The notes under the pieces are model-generated. The model was not told the origin of the DNA. It made no database searches and worked only from the letters and a program-made list of their open reading frames with translations. A DNA stretch of 64,000 nucleotides from an uncultured virus (IMG/VR IMGVR_UViG_3300044612_002233) (Duplodnaviria; Heunggongvirae; Uroviricota; Caudoviricetes). Shown here one piece after another: positions 20,367 to 30,003 of this stretch (the first letter of the stretch is position 1; each line of letters starts with the position of its first letter). The position numbers and the translations under genes are program-made. The stretch lies in the IMG/VR virus record IMGVR_UViG_3300044612_002233, positions 1-64,000 of that record, one strand, 5' to 3'.

Positions 20367-21292
20367 TGCCAAGACTTTCACCACAAGAATTATATGATAA
20401 TTATCGCAAGGGCTTTAGTGGATGCTTGTGGGAGCAGCACATATTTGATGAATTGATGCAAAATAGCAAATATCCATTATTTGGTAGTGCTAGTAAAAAA
20501 ATTAAGAGTAGTGGTAAGGGCAAATTATCAACTCCATATAAGAGTGTGTTAAAGTTTGACAAAAACCCTTATAATGAAAGACAAACTACTGGAGATTGTG
20601 TGAGTCATGGAACACGAAATGCTTGTGATGTTAGTAGAGCTGTCGAAATAGATGTTCATGGAGAAAAAGAAGCTTGGATAGCAAGAGGAGCAACAGAAGC
20701 TATTTATGGTGCTCGTGGTCATGGTGGAGAAGGAATGAGTTGCTCTAGGGCTGCTGAATTTGTTAGTAAGAATGGTGGCATACTACTAAGACAAAATTAT
20801 AAGGGGGTAGCCGACTTTACTAAATATAATGGTAATCTAGGAGCCGGTTGGGGAGGACGAGGATTACCAGATAAGGTTATTGATGCAGCTAATGATCATC
20901 AAATTAAAACAACCAGTTTAATAAAAACAGTAGAAGAAGCACGAGATGCTTTAGCTAATGGTTATGGTTTAGCCGTATGCTCTAATTATGGATTTTCTAA
21001 TAAGAGAGACAAGAAGGGCATTGCAAATACTAGCGGAAGCTGGGGCCATTGTATGGCTTGGATAGCATGTGACGATACCGGAAGCGAACCATTATTCTTA
21101 GTTCAAAATAGTTGGGGCAAATGGAATGACGGTGGTCATCCAGAATGGGGCCCCATACCAGACGGCAGTTTTTTAATACGAGCCGACGTAGCAGCAGGGA
21201 TGCTTTCACAAAATGGAAGTTATGCGTTTAGTAATTTTGACGGATTCCCTGTTCAAAAGCTACCATCTTACGGTTTTGAAGACTATCTATAA
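20366..21292 (+). CDS. Papain-like (C1) cysteine peptidase
   Basis: QTTGDCVSHG (oxyanion Gln, Cys), WGHCM (His), QNSWG (Asn). Confidence 0.85.
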   Translation: MPRLSPQELYDNYRKGFSGCLWEQHIFDELMQNSKYPLFGSASKKIKSSGKGKLSTPYKSVLKFDKNPYNERQTTGDCVSHGTRNACDVSRAVEIDVHGEKEAWIARGATEAIYGARGHGGEGMSCSRAAEFVSKNGGILLRQNYKGVADFTKYNGNLGAGWGGRGLPDKVIDAANDHQIKTTSLIKTVEEARDALANGYGLAVCSNYGFSNKRDKKGIANTSGSWGHCMAWIACDDTGSEPLFLVQNSWGKWNDGGHPEWGPIPDGSFLIRADVAAGMLSQNGSYAFSNFDGFPVQKLPSYGFEDYL

Positions 21293-21322
21293 TATAGCGG
21301 TCTAAAAGCTAACCTTAAGTTT

Positions 21323-21339
21323 GGTGTATTATATTTATA
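21323..21339 (+). promoter_or_regulatory. Putative phage promoter (GGTGTA motif)
   Basis: GGTGTAttatatttata, intergenic. Confidence 0.5.
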
Positions 21340-21355
21340 CCTTTAGGGTTATGTT

Positions 21356-21550
21356 ATGAAACTATTAGATAGAATTGCTTTAAATAATCTATTACGAATA
21401 ATAAGAGAACTTATTATACGAATGGTTGAATTTTTTGAAAAAGAAAATAAGCCAGTCAAACCAGTACCAAAACCAAGTCCAAATAGACCTCGCCCTTTGA
21501 AAAATATTATAGACTTGATACCTGTTCCATGGAGAACAAAAGATGAATAA
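21356..21550 (+). CDS. Small hypothetical protein
   Basis: Amphipathic helix + Pro-rich linker. Confidence 0.55.
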   Translation: MKLLDRIALNNLLRIIRELIIRMVEFFEKENKPVKPVPKPSPNRPRPLKNIIDLIPVPWRTKDE

Positions 21551-21890
21551 AATATTATTACCAATTTTAGCAGTTGCTATGATATTTGGGTCATATGGAT
21601 ATCATGGGTCAACAACTTCCGCAGTAACTCTTGTGGGGGGAATTGTTAAGGCTCAACATACTGAAAGTGTGAAAAAATACAAAAGAAAAGACTGTCCAAT
21701 ATGCAAAGGCAAAGGATACTATATTAGTGGTGACGGTATTGAAAAAGTTAACTGCGGATATTGTATTCCTGATAAGAGTGACACTCCAAAAAACCAATTA
21801 CCAAACACATATCCAAAAGTTATTACTCATCCTCCAGTAACTATTCAACAAAATTGCCCAAATGGCGTTTGTCCAATTCCTAAAAAATAA
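21543..21890 (+). CDS. Signal-peptide protein with Cys-rich motifs
   Basis: N-terminal hydrophobic segment, CPICKGKG...CGYC, terminal CPNGVCP. Confidence 0.6.
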   Translation: MNKILLPILAVAMIFGSYGYHGSTTSAVTLVGGIVKAQHTESVKKYKRKDCPICKGKGYYISGDGIEKVNCGYCIPDKSDTPKNQLPNTYPKVITHPPVTIQQNCPNGVCPIPKK

Positions 21891-21901
21891 AGGTATAAAA
21901 A

Positions 21902-22300
21902 ATGGACGATAATCTCAGAGAAAAATTAAAAGCTATCGCAGAAAAAGTGTTAAAACAAGCCAATGTGCCAAATGATGAAAAATTTGGTAGTGTTATTGCT
22001 ATACTAATGATGATTAGTATAATACTTACAGTAATTAGAGTATTACAAGAATGCAATAAAAATAAAACACAAGGCATGACATCAGAAAACAAACAATCAC
22101 TCTATGCTGAAAATATTAAATCTTATAGTAAAAAACGAGGTTGGTTTACTAGACTAAGAATAAAAAGAATTCTTAAAAGAGAACTGACCTCAGAAGAATA
22201 TAATAAATACGGCATTAAATTAACAGAAGCATTGTTAGATATAGGAGAAACCCTCAAGGATGATGAAGTCGCAACTCTAATGGAGGCAGCAAATGTTTAG
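21902..22300 (+). CDS. Single-TM membrane protein
   Basis: FGSVIAILMMISIILTVI. Confidence 0.6.
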   Translation: MDDNLREKLKAIAEKVLKQANVPNDEKFGSVIAILMMISIILTVIRVLQECNKNKTQGMTSENKQSLYAENIKSYSKKRGWFTRLRIKRILKRELTSEEYNKYGIKLTEALLDIGETLKDDEVATLMEAANV

Positions 22301-22547
22301 TATATTAATCTGGTGTGTATATGGTATTTTTGTTGGCGGTATAGCAAAAGCTATAGTTCCTGGAGAAGAAAATTTTGGTTTTGTTAAGACAGTAGCACTA
22401 GGAGTATGTGGCTCCTATATGGGTGGCGCACTATTATACTTACTGGGTAAGTATGAATCGGTGTCTCCTGCTGGATTGTTCATGGGAGTCGCCGGTGCTG
22501 TTTTAGCATTGGTGCTTTATAACAAACTACAATCATCATCAAAATAA
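22293..22547 (+). CDS. GlsB/YeaQ/YmgE (transglycosylase-associated) membrane protein
   Basis: GIFVGGIAKAIVPG...LGVCGSYMGG...GVAGAVLAL. Confidence 0.8.
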   Translation: MFSILIWCVYGIFVGGIAKAIVPGEENFGFVKTVALGVCGSYMGGALLYLLGKYESVSPAGLFMGVAGAVLALVLYNKLQSSSK

Positions 22548-22632
22548 ACTAGCAATAGTTTTATATCTATATCATACAGATTTATGGCCAGAGTTTAAAG
22601 ACTTATTAAGTCGTTTAGACCTGAATTATACT

Positions 22633-25296
22633 TTGTATTTGGGATTATGTAAAGACAATGATAATTCCGAAATCTTAAATGATCTTAACTCTTTAAAGTG
22701 CCAAACTAAAGTTAGTTATCATGAAAATTATGGAGCAGATATAGCTCCTTTTTTATCTCAGCTTCATGATATAAAAGAGTCTCTTTTTATTAAAATCCAT
22801 GGTAAAAAAACCAATATAGGAACTCATAACCATGTGAATTGGAGATCTGTTTTATTAAACGATTTGATTGGTGGCCCAGATATAATAAATTCAAATGTCT
22901 TAGCGTTTGAAGATGAATCAGTCGGTATGATATCCCCAAGACCTTTCATATGGTCCAACTTAGAGGGATCGAACTCCTCCAAGATACAGAAACTATGTTT
23001 AGAACTGAATATAGATTATAACTTAGTTAAAGATGGAAATTTTGTTGCTGGATGTATGTTTATGTCCAGGACAAAAATTTTTAAAAGTATTTTTACTAAA
23101 AAGAAAATAATAAACATATTAAAACTACTTACTGAAGAAATCAACAAAGTAGAAGATATAGTTACTGGAACATATTCACATTCTCTTGAAAGAATTTTTG
23201 GTTATATTATTAAATTTAAAAACTTAACTATTAGTAATAATATTATAGATAATTATATCTTAATTAAGAACACAGACACACAAAAAATATTTCATGCAAT
23301 AAAACTATATACTAACTTTATTTATCTGCTAGAAGATATGAATGTTTATGGAGAAATATTAAAAGAAACAAATAATACTAAACTAATTCGATGGTATCAC
23401 TTGAATAGTCCAATAGATCAATCATATGATTTATCGGAAGATGGCTATTTTATTTCCAATGGGAACAATTCCAGTCTTTTAGATGATTCTAAAATTAATT
23501 TTAAGTTTAAAACTCCTAGTAGTATATCGGTATCTATACTTTTATTTTATCCAGAGGAGTTATCTTTAAAATCTATTAATAATATATGCTCTATGCTATT
23601 TAATAAATGTAATGAGCTAAATCTATTAAAGATAATACTAAATATTAGAAATAATTCATTAAATTATAATTCAGAAATTATTAAAAATAATATTTTAAAT
23701 TTACAAAAATACTATAGTGATTTAAACGATTTAGATGTAGAAATTAATTATTTTGAAAATTTTAACTATGGCTATGGCCGTGGTCATAATGAAAACTTTA
23801 ATATTAATTCCAACACAGAATATTTTTTAATCATGAATGACGATATATTATTTCCTAATCTAGATTGGATGAATAGATGTTTTAAAGAATTTGATGAACA
23901 AGAAAATTTAGCAATTATAGGATCAGAGCAGTCTCCTCAATTTTTAGATAATTTAGCCAACGGAATACTAAGACCTATAATCGAAACAAATAATCCAGAC
24001 TATTCTGAGGGATCGATACTTCTGATAAAATCAGATATTTTTAAACAGATTAATGGATTTGATACTTCTTTAGAATATTGTTATTATGAAGACGTAGATT
24101 TATGTTTTAGAGTTAAGCAGCTTGAGTATAAGATTAAAAACATAACTATTAAACATCAGCATTTTAGATCAAGTAGTTCATCAAAACTTCCAATAATAGC
24201 AAGAGAATCCATAAGCGAATTAAATAGAGCAAAATTTTTATCTAAATGGGGTGGATTTATACAAGGAAAAAAAGAAAATTTATATAATAATATATTAATA
24301 AATATAGATTTTGATGGATTTGGTGATATTGTTGACTGTTACTATCCTATTAAACAGCTATTATTGAATAACTTAAACAATAATATATATTTATATATTT
24401 CATCTAATTTATTTCATTTATATTTGTCTTTAATCTTTTTTCATCCAAATATAACCTTCATAAAAAAAGAAGAAATCGATAATATAAATTATGATAGTAT
24501 ATACTCAACAAAAAATTTAAATCTATCTCCACCATATCATACTATGGATATTATTGCATCTAAATTTGGAGTGGTTGACTTTGATACTGATCCAACGGTC
24601 ATATGCTCTTATTATAAAGATAAATTAAAACATTCAACAATACTAAAACCAGATAAAAAGTATATTGTTATTCATTTTGACTCTCAAAGAGCAGGTTTTG
24701 AGTCAAGGATGCCCAATCAAGAAATATTAATCCCTATAATTCAAAAATTTAGTAAAGACTATAAATTTATTATTTTAGGTAAACATCTAGACATATCAAA
24801 TATTGAATTTGAAAACTTTATATCAATCTTAAAAGACAATAACATTCTTTACGATTATAGAGATTCAGGATCAATAGAGGATATGTTCATGCTAATTTCA
24901 GAATGTTTTATGTTTTTAGGCGTTGACTCAGGGCCAAGTCATATAGCTCAATTATTTAATATTCCCAGCTATATTATATATGGCCCAATAAATCCCGCAA
25001 CTAAAATATATAGATATCACAATTCTGGTTGTTATTATAATTTAAATCATGAGTCTGGTTCTGGAACATATCATAGATCATTAAGGCCGTCATATCATTA
25101 TGACATGAGGAGAGATGAAAATTGTATAAAAGAAATAAATAGTTCTTTTTTGATGGAAGATATTGAAAAATTTATATTAAATAATTTTATCTTTGATTGG
25201 ATTCCTATCTTTGATTCTTTAAGGAGAAATCAGAGAGAGGCACTACTACTACAAATGCATAATCCTCTATATAAAAATAAAATTTTAATTAATTAA
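22633..25296 (+). CDS. Multidomain glycosyltransferase (RgpF-like + GT2 + GT9); true start probably upstream
   Basis: ENYGADIAPF, KIHGKK, FVAGCMF, HSLERIF (RgpF); MNDD, YYEDVDLCFR (GT2); GFGD, FLGVDSGPSHIA (GT9). Confidence 0.8.
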   Translation: MYLGLCKDNDNSEILNDLNSLKCQTKVSYHENYGADIAPFLSQLHDIKESLFIKIHGKKTNIGTHNHVNWRSVLLNDLIGGPDIINSNVLAFEDESVGMISPRPFIWSNLEGSNSSKIQKLCLELNIDYNLVKDGNFVAGCMFMSRTKIFKSIFTKKKIINILKLLTEEINKVEDIVTGTYSHSLERIFGYIIKFKNLTISNNIIDNYILIKNTDTQKIFHAIKLYTNFIYLLEDMNVYGEILKETNNTKLIRWYHLNSPIDQSYDLSEDGYFISNGNNSSLLDDSKINFKFKTPSSISVSILLFYPEELSLKSINNICSMLFNKCNELNLLKIILNIRNNSLNYNSEIIKNNILNLQKYYSDLNDLDVEINYFENFNYGYGRGHNENFNINSNTEYFLIMNDDILFPNLDWMNRCFKEFDEQENLAIIGSEQSPQFLDNLANGILRPIIETNNPDYSEGSILLIKSDIFKQINGFDTSLEYCYYEDVDLCFRVKQLEYKIKNITIKHQHFRSSSSSKLPIIARESISELNRAKFLSKWGGFIQGKKENLYNNILINIDFDGFGDIVDCYYPIKQLLLNNLNNNIYLYISSNLFHLYLSLIFFHPNITFIKKEEIDNINYDSIYSTKNLNLSPPYHTMDIIASKFGVVDFDTDPTVICSYYKDKLKHSTILKPDKKYIVIHFDSQRAGFESRMPNQEILIPIIQKFSKDYKFIILGKHLDISNIEFENFISILKDNNILYDYRDSGSIEDMFMLISECFMFLGVDSGPSHIAQLFNIPSYIIYGPINPATKIYRYHNSGCYYNLNHESGSGTYHRSLRPSYHYDMRRDENCIKEINSSFLMEDIEKFILNNFIFDWIPIFDSLRRNQREALLLQMHNPLYKNKILIN

Positions 25297-25297
25297 T

Positions 25298-26074
25298 ATG
25301 TCTACTAAAAAAAATAAAATAGAAATCGTTTTATTTATTAAAAACGAAGAAGAATTAATAGAGTCCTCTATTCTATATCACAAGCAGATTACTGATAAAA
25401 TAACTATAATAGATAATGGATCTACAGATAAAACATTAACTATAATCAGTAAATATTTAAATGATAATATCTCTTTGATTATAGACAATAGTAGTTTTGA
25501 CAACAAGGGTAAAATATGCACAAAACAAATTCAAGATTCCAGTGCAGATATTGTAGTTCCATTAGATGCTGATGAGTTTTTATTATATGATAATGGATTA
25601 ATAATTAAGGACAGTCCAAAACTTATTAGAGAATATTTACAACAGCTACCAATCAATGGGCACATGTATAAAATTAATAAGGTTTATAACAAAATAGAAA
25701 ATACTAATAATTATTGTATAGATAAAACTTATAATTCTAATAAAATTATTTTTCCAAAATTAGGATTCATTGAAACAGACTGTGGATTTCATTTTGGTAA
25801 AGTGTCATCAGATGATAGTGATAATAAAACATATAATATAGACATATCATATTTGCATTTTCACTATTTGTCAAAAGAGCGTTGGTTAAAAAGCTGCCAC
25901 CAAAAGTTAAAAGCTAGACTACAAGATAAATTTAATAATTTAGAGAGTATCATAGATTTAGCTGGCACAACAAACAGGTCAAACCACATAGCGAAAGAAA
26001 TGCTATATTACTTAGCTTCTAATAGATGGCATAGATTAAAACAAGATATTGTATTTGATACTTATAATATATGA
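25298..26074 (+). CDS. GT2-like glycosyltransferase
   Basis: KNEE, IIDNGSTDKT, LDADEF, HFHY. Confidence 0.8.
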   Translation: MSTKKNKIEIVLFIKNEEELIESSILYHKQITDKITIIDNGSTDKTLTIISKYLNDNISLIIDNSSFDNKGKICTKQIQDSSADIVVPLDADEFLLYDNGLIIKDSPKLIREYLQQLPINGHMYKINKVYNKIENTNNYCIDKTYNSNKIIFPKLGFIETDCGFHFGKVSSDDSDNKTYNIDISYLHFHYLSKERWLKSCHQKLKARLQDKFNNLESIIDLAGTTNRSNHIAKEMLYYLASNRWHRLKQDIVFDTYNI

Positions 26075-27081
26075 CTAAGATACTCTCAAAACTAGATTAT
26101 AATAATATTTGGGAATATTATCTAAATCTATATAAAACATGCTCAAATAACAAAGAATTTATTTCTGCAGTAACCGAAGAAAATAAAATAGTTTTTTCTA
26201 ATATGGTTAATAATAAAGATATATATATAAAACATAATATTGATTTAGTATCTAGCTTTAAAAATAATTCTTTAATTACTGTCCGTTTAGGTGGCGTAGA
26301 GAGCAGATTTTTGGTTAATAATTATTTTTTTAAAACTATTCCAATCAATTTTAAAGACAGTCATCATGCAACTGATGATTCACAAATGAAATCAAATGCT
26401 GGAATGTATTATATTAAAAATACAGATAAAACAATGGTAAATGATTGGTGGATTTTAAACACAATAAATTTATTAAAAAATAATAAAGTTACATATATGT
26501 CGTGTTTCTTGGTCCTTCATTACGATCTATATATTCTTGCCTTATTAGATATAAAAAATAAAGTAATTGACTCTTATACTAGACAAAGCGAGTTAATACA
26601 ATATTTCTATGATAGAAAAATTCTTGTAATATCTAATGGAATAGAAGATATGCATAGATCATATAAATTAGGTTTACAAAGACTATACAATATAGATATA
26701 CATGAAGAAAAATTAAATATATCATTCATAAAGTGTCCTCAAACTACAGTCGGCATGGAAACACCACATAGTAATATGATAGAAACAACACAATCTATAA
26801 TAGATTTAATTGATAAACGATATAATGATTTTGATACAATATTATTTTGCTGTGGAGCATACTCTTCAGTATTAATTAATTTATTATCAAAAATATATAT
26901 TAATAAAAACTTATTATATTTTGGATCAGAACTATATACTATGTTCGGTCTCTATTCTAACGGAATAGATAAGCCAACTACTAGATCCGAAATGTTTGTT
27001 ATAAATAATTTTTTGCCAATAGAACAGCCATGTCCAAAAAACTGTAAAAATATCGATGACGGTAAGTATTGGAAAAAATGA
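26071..27081 (+). CDS. Glycan-related protein (GT-D-fold-like)
   Basis: VRLGGVE, NAG, FDTILFCCGAY, GS.L..MFG. Confidence 0.55.
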   Translation: MTKILSKLDYNNIWEYYLNLYKTCSNNKEFISAVTEENKIVFSNMVNNKDIYIKHNIDLVSSFKNNSLITVRLGGVESRFLVNNYFFKTIPINFKDSHHATDDSQMKSNAGMYYIKNTDKTMVNDWWILNTINLLKNNKVTYMSCFLVLHYDLYILALLDIKNKVIDSYTRQSELIQYFYDRKILVISNGIEDMHRSYKLGLQRLYNIDIHEEKLNISFIKCPQTTVGMETPHSNMIETTQSIIDLIDKRYNDFDTILFCCGAYSSVLINLLSKIYINKNLLYFGSELYTMFGLYSNGIDKPTTRSEMFVINNFLPIEQPCPKNCKNIDDGKYWKK

Positions 27082-27094
27082 CATTGGTTGGGTC

Positions 27095-27122
27095 TTGACT
27101 TTTTTCGTCTCTTGTTTACAAT
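27095..27122 (+). promoter_or_regulatory. Sigma70-type promoter, probably leaderless
   Basis: TTGACT-16 nt-TACAAT; ATG begins 7 nt after the -10. Confidence 0.65.
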
Positions 27123-27128
27123 ACCTTC

Positions 27129-27596
27129 ATGAGACCATCATGGACTGATTACTTTTTAGGATTGGCAAAAGTTGTTTCTCAACGCAGCCATGACACCCAA
27201 ACTCAGCACGGTTGTGTAATTACAGATAATCATAATAGAATATTGGGTGTTGGTTATAATGGCTTTGCTCGCGGTCTTGATGATACTAAATTACCAAATA
27301 TTAGGCCAGAAAAATATCCATGGATGATTCATGCAGAAAGAAATGCTTTGTCTAATTGTATTGTTAGGCCAGATAATGGAGTAGCATATGTTACCGGCCA
27401 ATGCTGTAATGATTGTATCATGGCATTATGGCAGGAAGGTGTGACAAAAGTATTTATGGCCGATGACCACGGAACAAAATTGTTTGACAGTGAAGCGAAA
27501 AATAGATTTGATACATTTGTAGATATGAGTGGTATAGAAATTTTTTATATTAAGCCAGATCTATCTTGGCTCAAAGGGTTGTGTGGTGTATTATGA
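27129..27596 (+). CDS. dCMP deaminase (ComEB-like)
   Basis: RPSWTDYF, GYNG, HAERNAL, CCNDC. Confidence 0.9.
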   Translation: MRPSWTDYFLGLAKVVSQRSHDTQTQHGCVITDNHNRILGVGYNGFARGLDDTKLPNIRPEKYPWMIHAERNALSNCIVRPDNGVAYVTGQCCNDCIMALWQEGVTKVFMADDHGTKLFDSEAKNRFDTFVDMSGIEIFYIKPDLSWLKGLCGVL

Positions 27597-27730
27597 ATGC
27601 ATTAGTATATTATATATCATGTGGAATATATTTCTACAACAGGTGGTTTAATGGTAGCTCAGAAACTACAAATCTTTCTTTTCAAGCCACTGTCTTAATA
27701 GGCATAATTGTAATTTTAAATAGGAGATAA
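27593..27730 (+). CDS. Small 45-aa hydrophobic protein (not in ORF track)
   Basis: ATGA overlap with the deaminase stop; MNALVYYISCGIYFYNRWF...ATVLIGIIVILNRR. Confidence 0.5.
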   Translation: MNALVYYISCGIYFYNRWFNGSSETTNLSFQATVLIGIIVILNRR

Positions 27731-27731
27731 T

Positions 27732-29921
27732 ATGTCGGCACTTCAAGAACTTCAGAATTATACATTTGTTAGTAAGTATGCTCGTTGGATAGAAGATAAG
27801 AATCGCAGAGAAACTTGGAAGGAAGCTGTTGATCGCGTCAAGAACATGATGCATACCCAATATCCAGGCGTTAAAGAAGATATCGATTGGGCATACGATA
27901 TGATGTATAAGAAGAAGGTTCTAGGTAGCCAGAGAGCGCTCCAATTTGGTGGCGAACCAATCCTAAAAAGACACGCCAAAATATATAACTGCACAAGCTC
28001 TTATTGTGACCGACTTCGCTTTTTCCAAGAGTGTTTCTGGCTACTCTTATGCGGTAGTGGAACAGGATTTAGTGTTCAAAAGCACCACGTTTCTAAACTA
28101 CCAACATTAGAACATGAGATTCCTGACAATAACGAAGGAATCAAATATGTAATCGAAGACAGTATTGAAGGTTGGGCAGACGCTCTAGGTGTTCTTCTTA
28201 GCTCGTACTTTAGTAAGCCAATTGAAGAATTCAAAATGTACAAAAATACCTATGTTGTTTTTGATTATTCAAATATTCGACCAAAAGGATCATCATTAGC
28301 TAGTGGAGTAGGAAAGGCTCCTGGATTCGAGCCACTACAAAATGGACTAGAGAAAATCAGAACTCTGCTAGATCGTTGTATTGCTAATGGTCAAAAGAAA
28401 CTACGACCAGTTGATGCGTATGATATTGTTATGCATAGTAGTGATGCCGTTTTGAGCGGTGGAGTTAGACGCTCTGCTAGTCTTGCTTTGTTTAGTCCTG
28501 ACGATGAAGAAATGGCAAAAGCAAAAACTGGTAATTGGTATATAGACAACCCACAAAGAGCACGAAGTAATAATTCGGCACTTCTACTTAAAAACGAAAC
28601 AACACTGGAAGAGTTTCAAGAATTAATGGAGAGCGTTAAAGAATTCGGAGAACCCGGATTTATTTGGAGCGACTCAACAGAAATGACATTTAATCCTTGC
28701 GTAGAAGTTGGAATGTGGCCAGTTGATGAAGAGACTGGAAAGAGCGGATGGCAGGGATGTAATCTGTCTACTATCAACTGCTCATCTATTGAAGATGAAG
28801 ATGATTTTTATGAAAGATGCAAAGCCGCTGCTATTATAGGAACTCTACAAGCTGGATTCACTAAGTTAGATTATCTTGGAGAGATTACTTGCAGAATCTT
28901 TGAAAGAGAAGCTCTACTCGGAGTTTCATTAACTGGAACAATGGAAAAGCATGATCTTATTCTTTCAGAAAAGGTTCTTCGTGCTGGAGCTAAGATTGCA
29001 GTTGAAACAAATAAAGATCTTTCCAAAAAGATCAAAATTAATCAAGCAGCAAGAGTAACTTGCTTAAAGCCAGAAGGAACAAGTTCTAGTATGCTTGGAA
29101 CAAGCTCCGGTATCCACCCACATCATGCTAAACGATATATAAGACACGTACAGGCCAATGTTTTAGAAGCGCCTTACCAACACTTCAAAAAACTAAATCC
29201 GCAAGCCTGTGAAAAATCTAGTTGGTCAGCAAACAACACAGACGAGGTAATTAAGTTCCCAATAGAAGTACCAGACGGTGCTAAATTAAAGAATCAACTA
29301 CCGGCCGTTGAAATGTTGTCTATTGTCAAAGACACTCAAAAGAACTGGGTTCAAAGCGGCAAGAATAGATCGTTATGTACACAAGAATATTTGAGTCATA
29401 ATGTTAGCAATACTGTAACTGTTAAGCCAGATGAATGGGACGATGTTACAAAATATATTTATGATAATCGTAAGTATTTTGCTGGTATCAGTTTAATTCC
29501 ACAAAGTGGAGACAAAGACTATACTCAGGCTCCATTCACAACAGTTTATACTAGTCGTGAAATAGTTAAAGAATATGGTGACGCTGCACTATGGTGCTCT
29601 GGATTAATTGAGTTAGGATTGAATGCTTTCAATAATAATCTATGGGCAGCCTGTGACTATGTTAGTATGAATCAAGCAAAAGATAATGATAGTCAAGATA
29701 AACTTTTATTTATAAATAAAATGAAAACCTTTGCTGGAAAATATTTTGATGGAGATACTAAGCGTCTAACATATTGCATGAAAGACGTTTACAATTGGAA
29801 AGTATACTGTGATCTTTATAATGGATTTAAGAAAGTAGACTATACACAACTATTAGAAGATGAAGACAATACTATCGGCATAGAAGAAATTAGTTGTGCT
29901 GGTGGTGCGTGTTTACTATAA
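27732..29921 (+). CDS. nrdJ: Class II (B12-dependent) monomeric-type ribonucleotide reductase
   Basis: YNC, GGVRRSA, FNPCVE, CNL, KPEGTSS, C-terminal CAGGAC; no NrdB in window. Confidence 0.88.
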   Translation: MSALQELQNYTFVSKYARWIEDKNRRETWKEAVDRVKNMMHTQYPGVKEDIDWAYDMMYKKKVLGSQRALQFGGEPILKRHAKIYNCTSSYCDRLRFFQECFWLLLCGSGTGFSVQKHHVSKLPTLEHEIPDNNEGIKYVIEDSIEGWADALGVLLSSYFSKPIEEFKMYKNTYVVFDYSNIRPKGSSLASGVGKAPGFEPLQNGLEKIRTLLDRCIANGQKKLRPVDAYDIVMHSSDAVLSGGVRRSASLALFSPDDEEMAKAKTGNWYIDNPQRARSNNSALLLKNETTLEEFQELMESVKEFGEPGFIWSDSTEMTFNPCVEVGMWPVDEETGKSGWQGCNLSTINCSSIEDEDDFYERCKAAAIIGTLQAGFTKLDYLGEITCRIFEREALLGVSLTGTMEKHDLILSEKVLRAGAKIAVETNKDLSKKIKINQAARVTCLKPEGTSSSMLGTSSGIHPHHAKRYIRHVQANVLEAPYQHFKKLNPQACEKSSWSANNTDEVIKFPIEVPDGAKLKNQLPAVEMLSIVKDTQKNWVQSGKNRSLCTQEYLSHNVSNTVTVKPDEWDDVTKYIYDNRKYFAGISLIPQSGDKDYTQAPFTTVYTSREIVKEYGDAALWCSGLIELGLNAFNNNLWAACDYVSMNQAKDNDSQDKLLFINKMKTFAGKYFDGDTKRLTYCMKDVYNWKVYCDLYNGFKKVDYTQLLEDEDNTIGIEEISCAGGACLL

Positions 29922-29949
29922 GAACAATTTTACAACTTATACTTATAAA

Positions 29950-29965
29950 GGTGTATTATTATACA
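29950..29965 (+). promoter_or_regulatory. Putative phage promoter (GGTGTA motif)
   Basis: GGTGTAttattataca, intergenic before phoH. Confidence 0.5.
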
Positions 29966-30003
29966 GTATTTTAATACTCCTTATATAAGAAAAAGGGCAC
30001 ACA

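Noticed and set aside
27732..29921. Intein or intron in RNR (also checked RecA and DnaB)
   Set aside because: Lengths are normal and no intein blocks were seen
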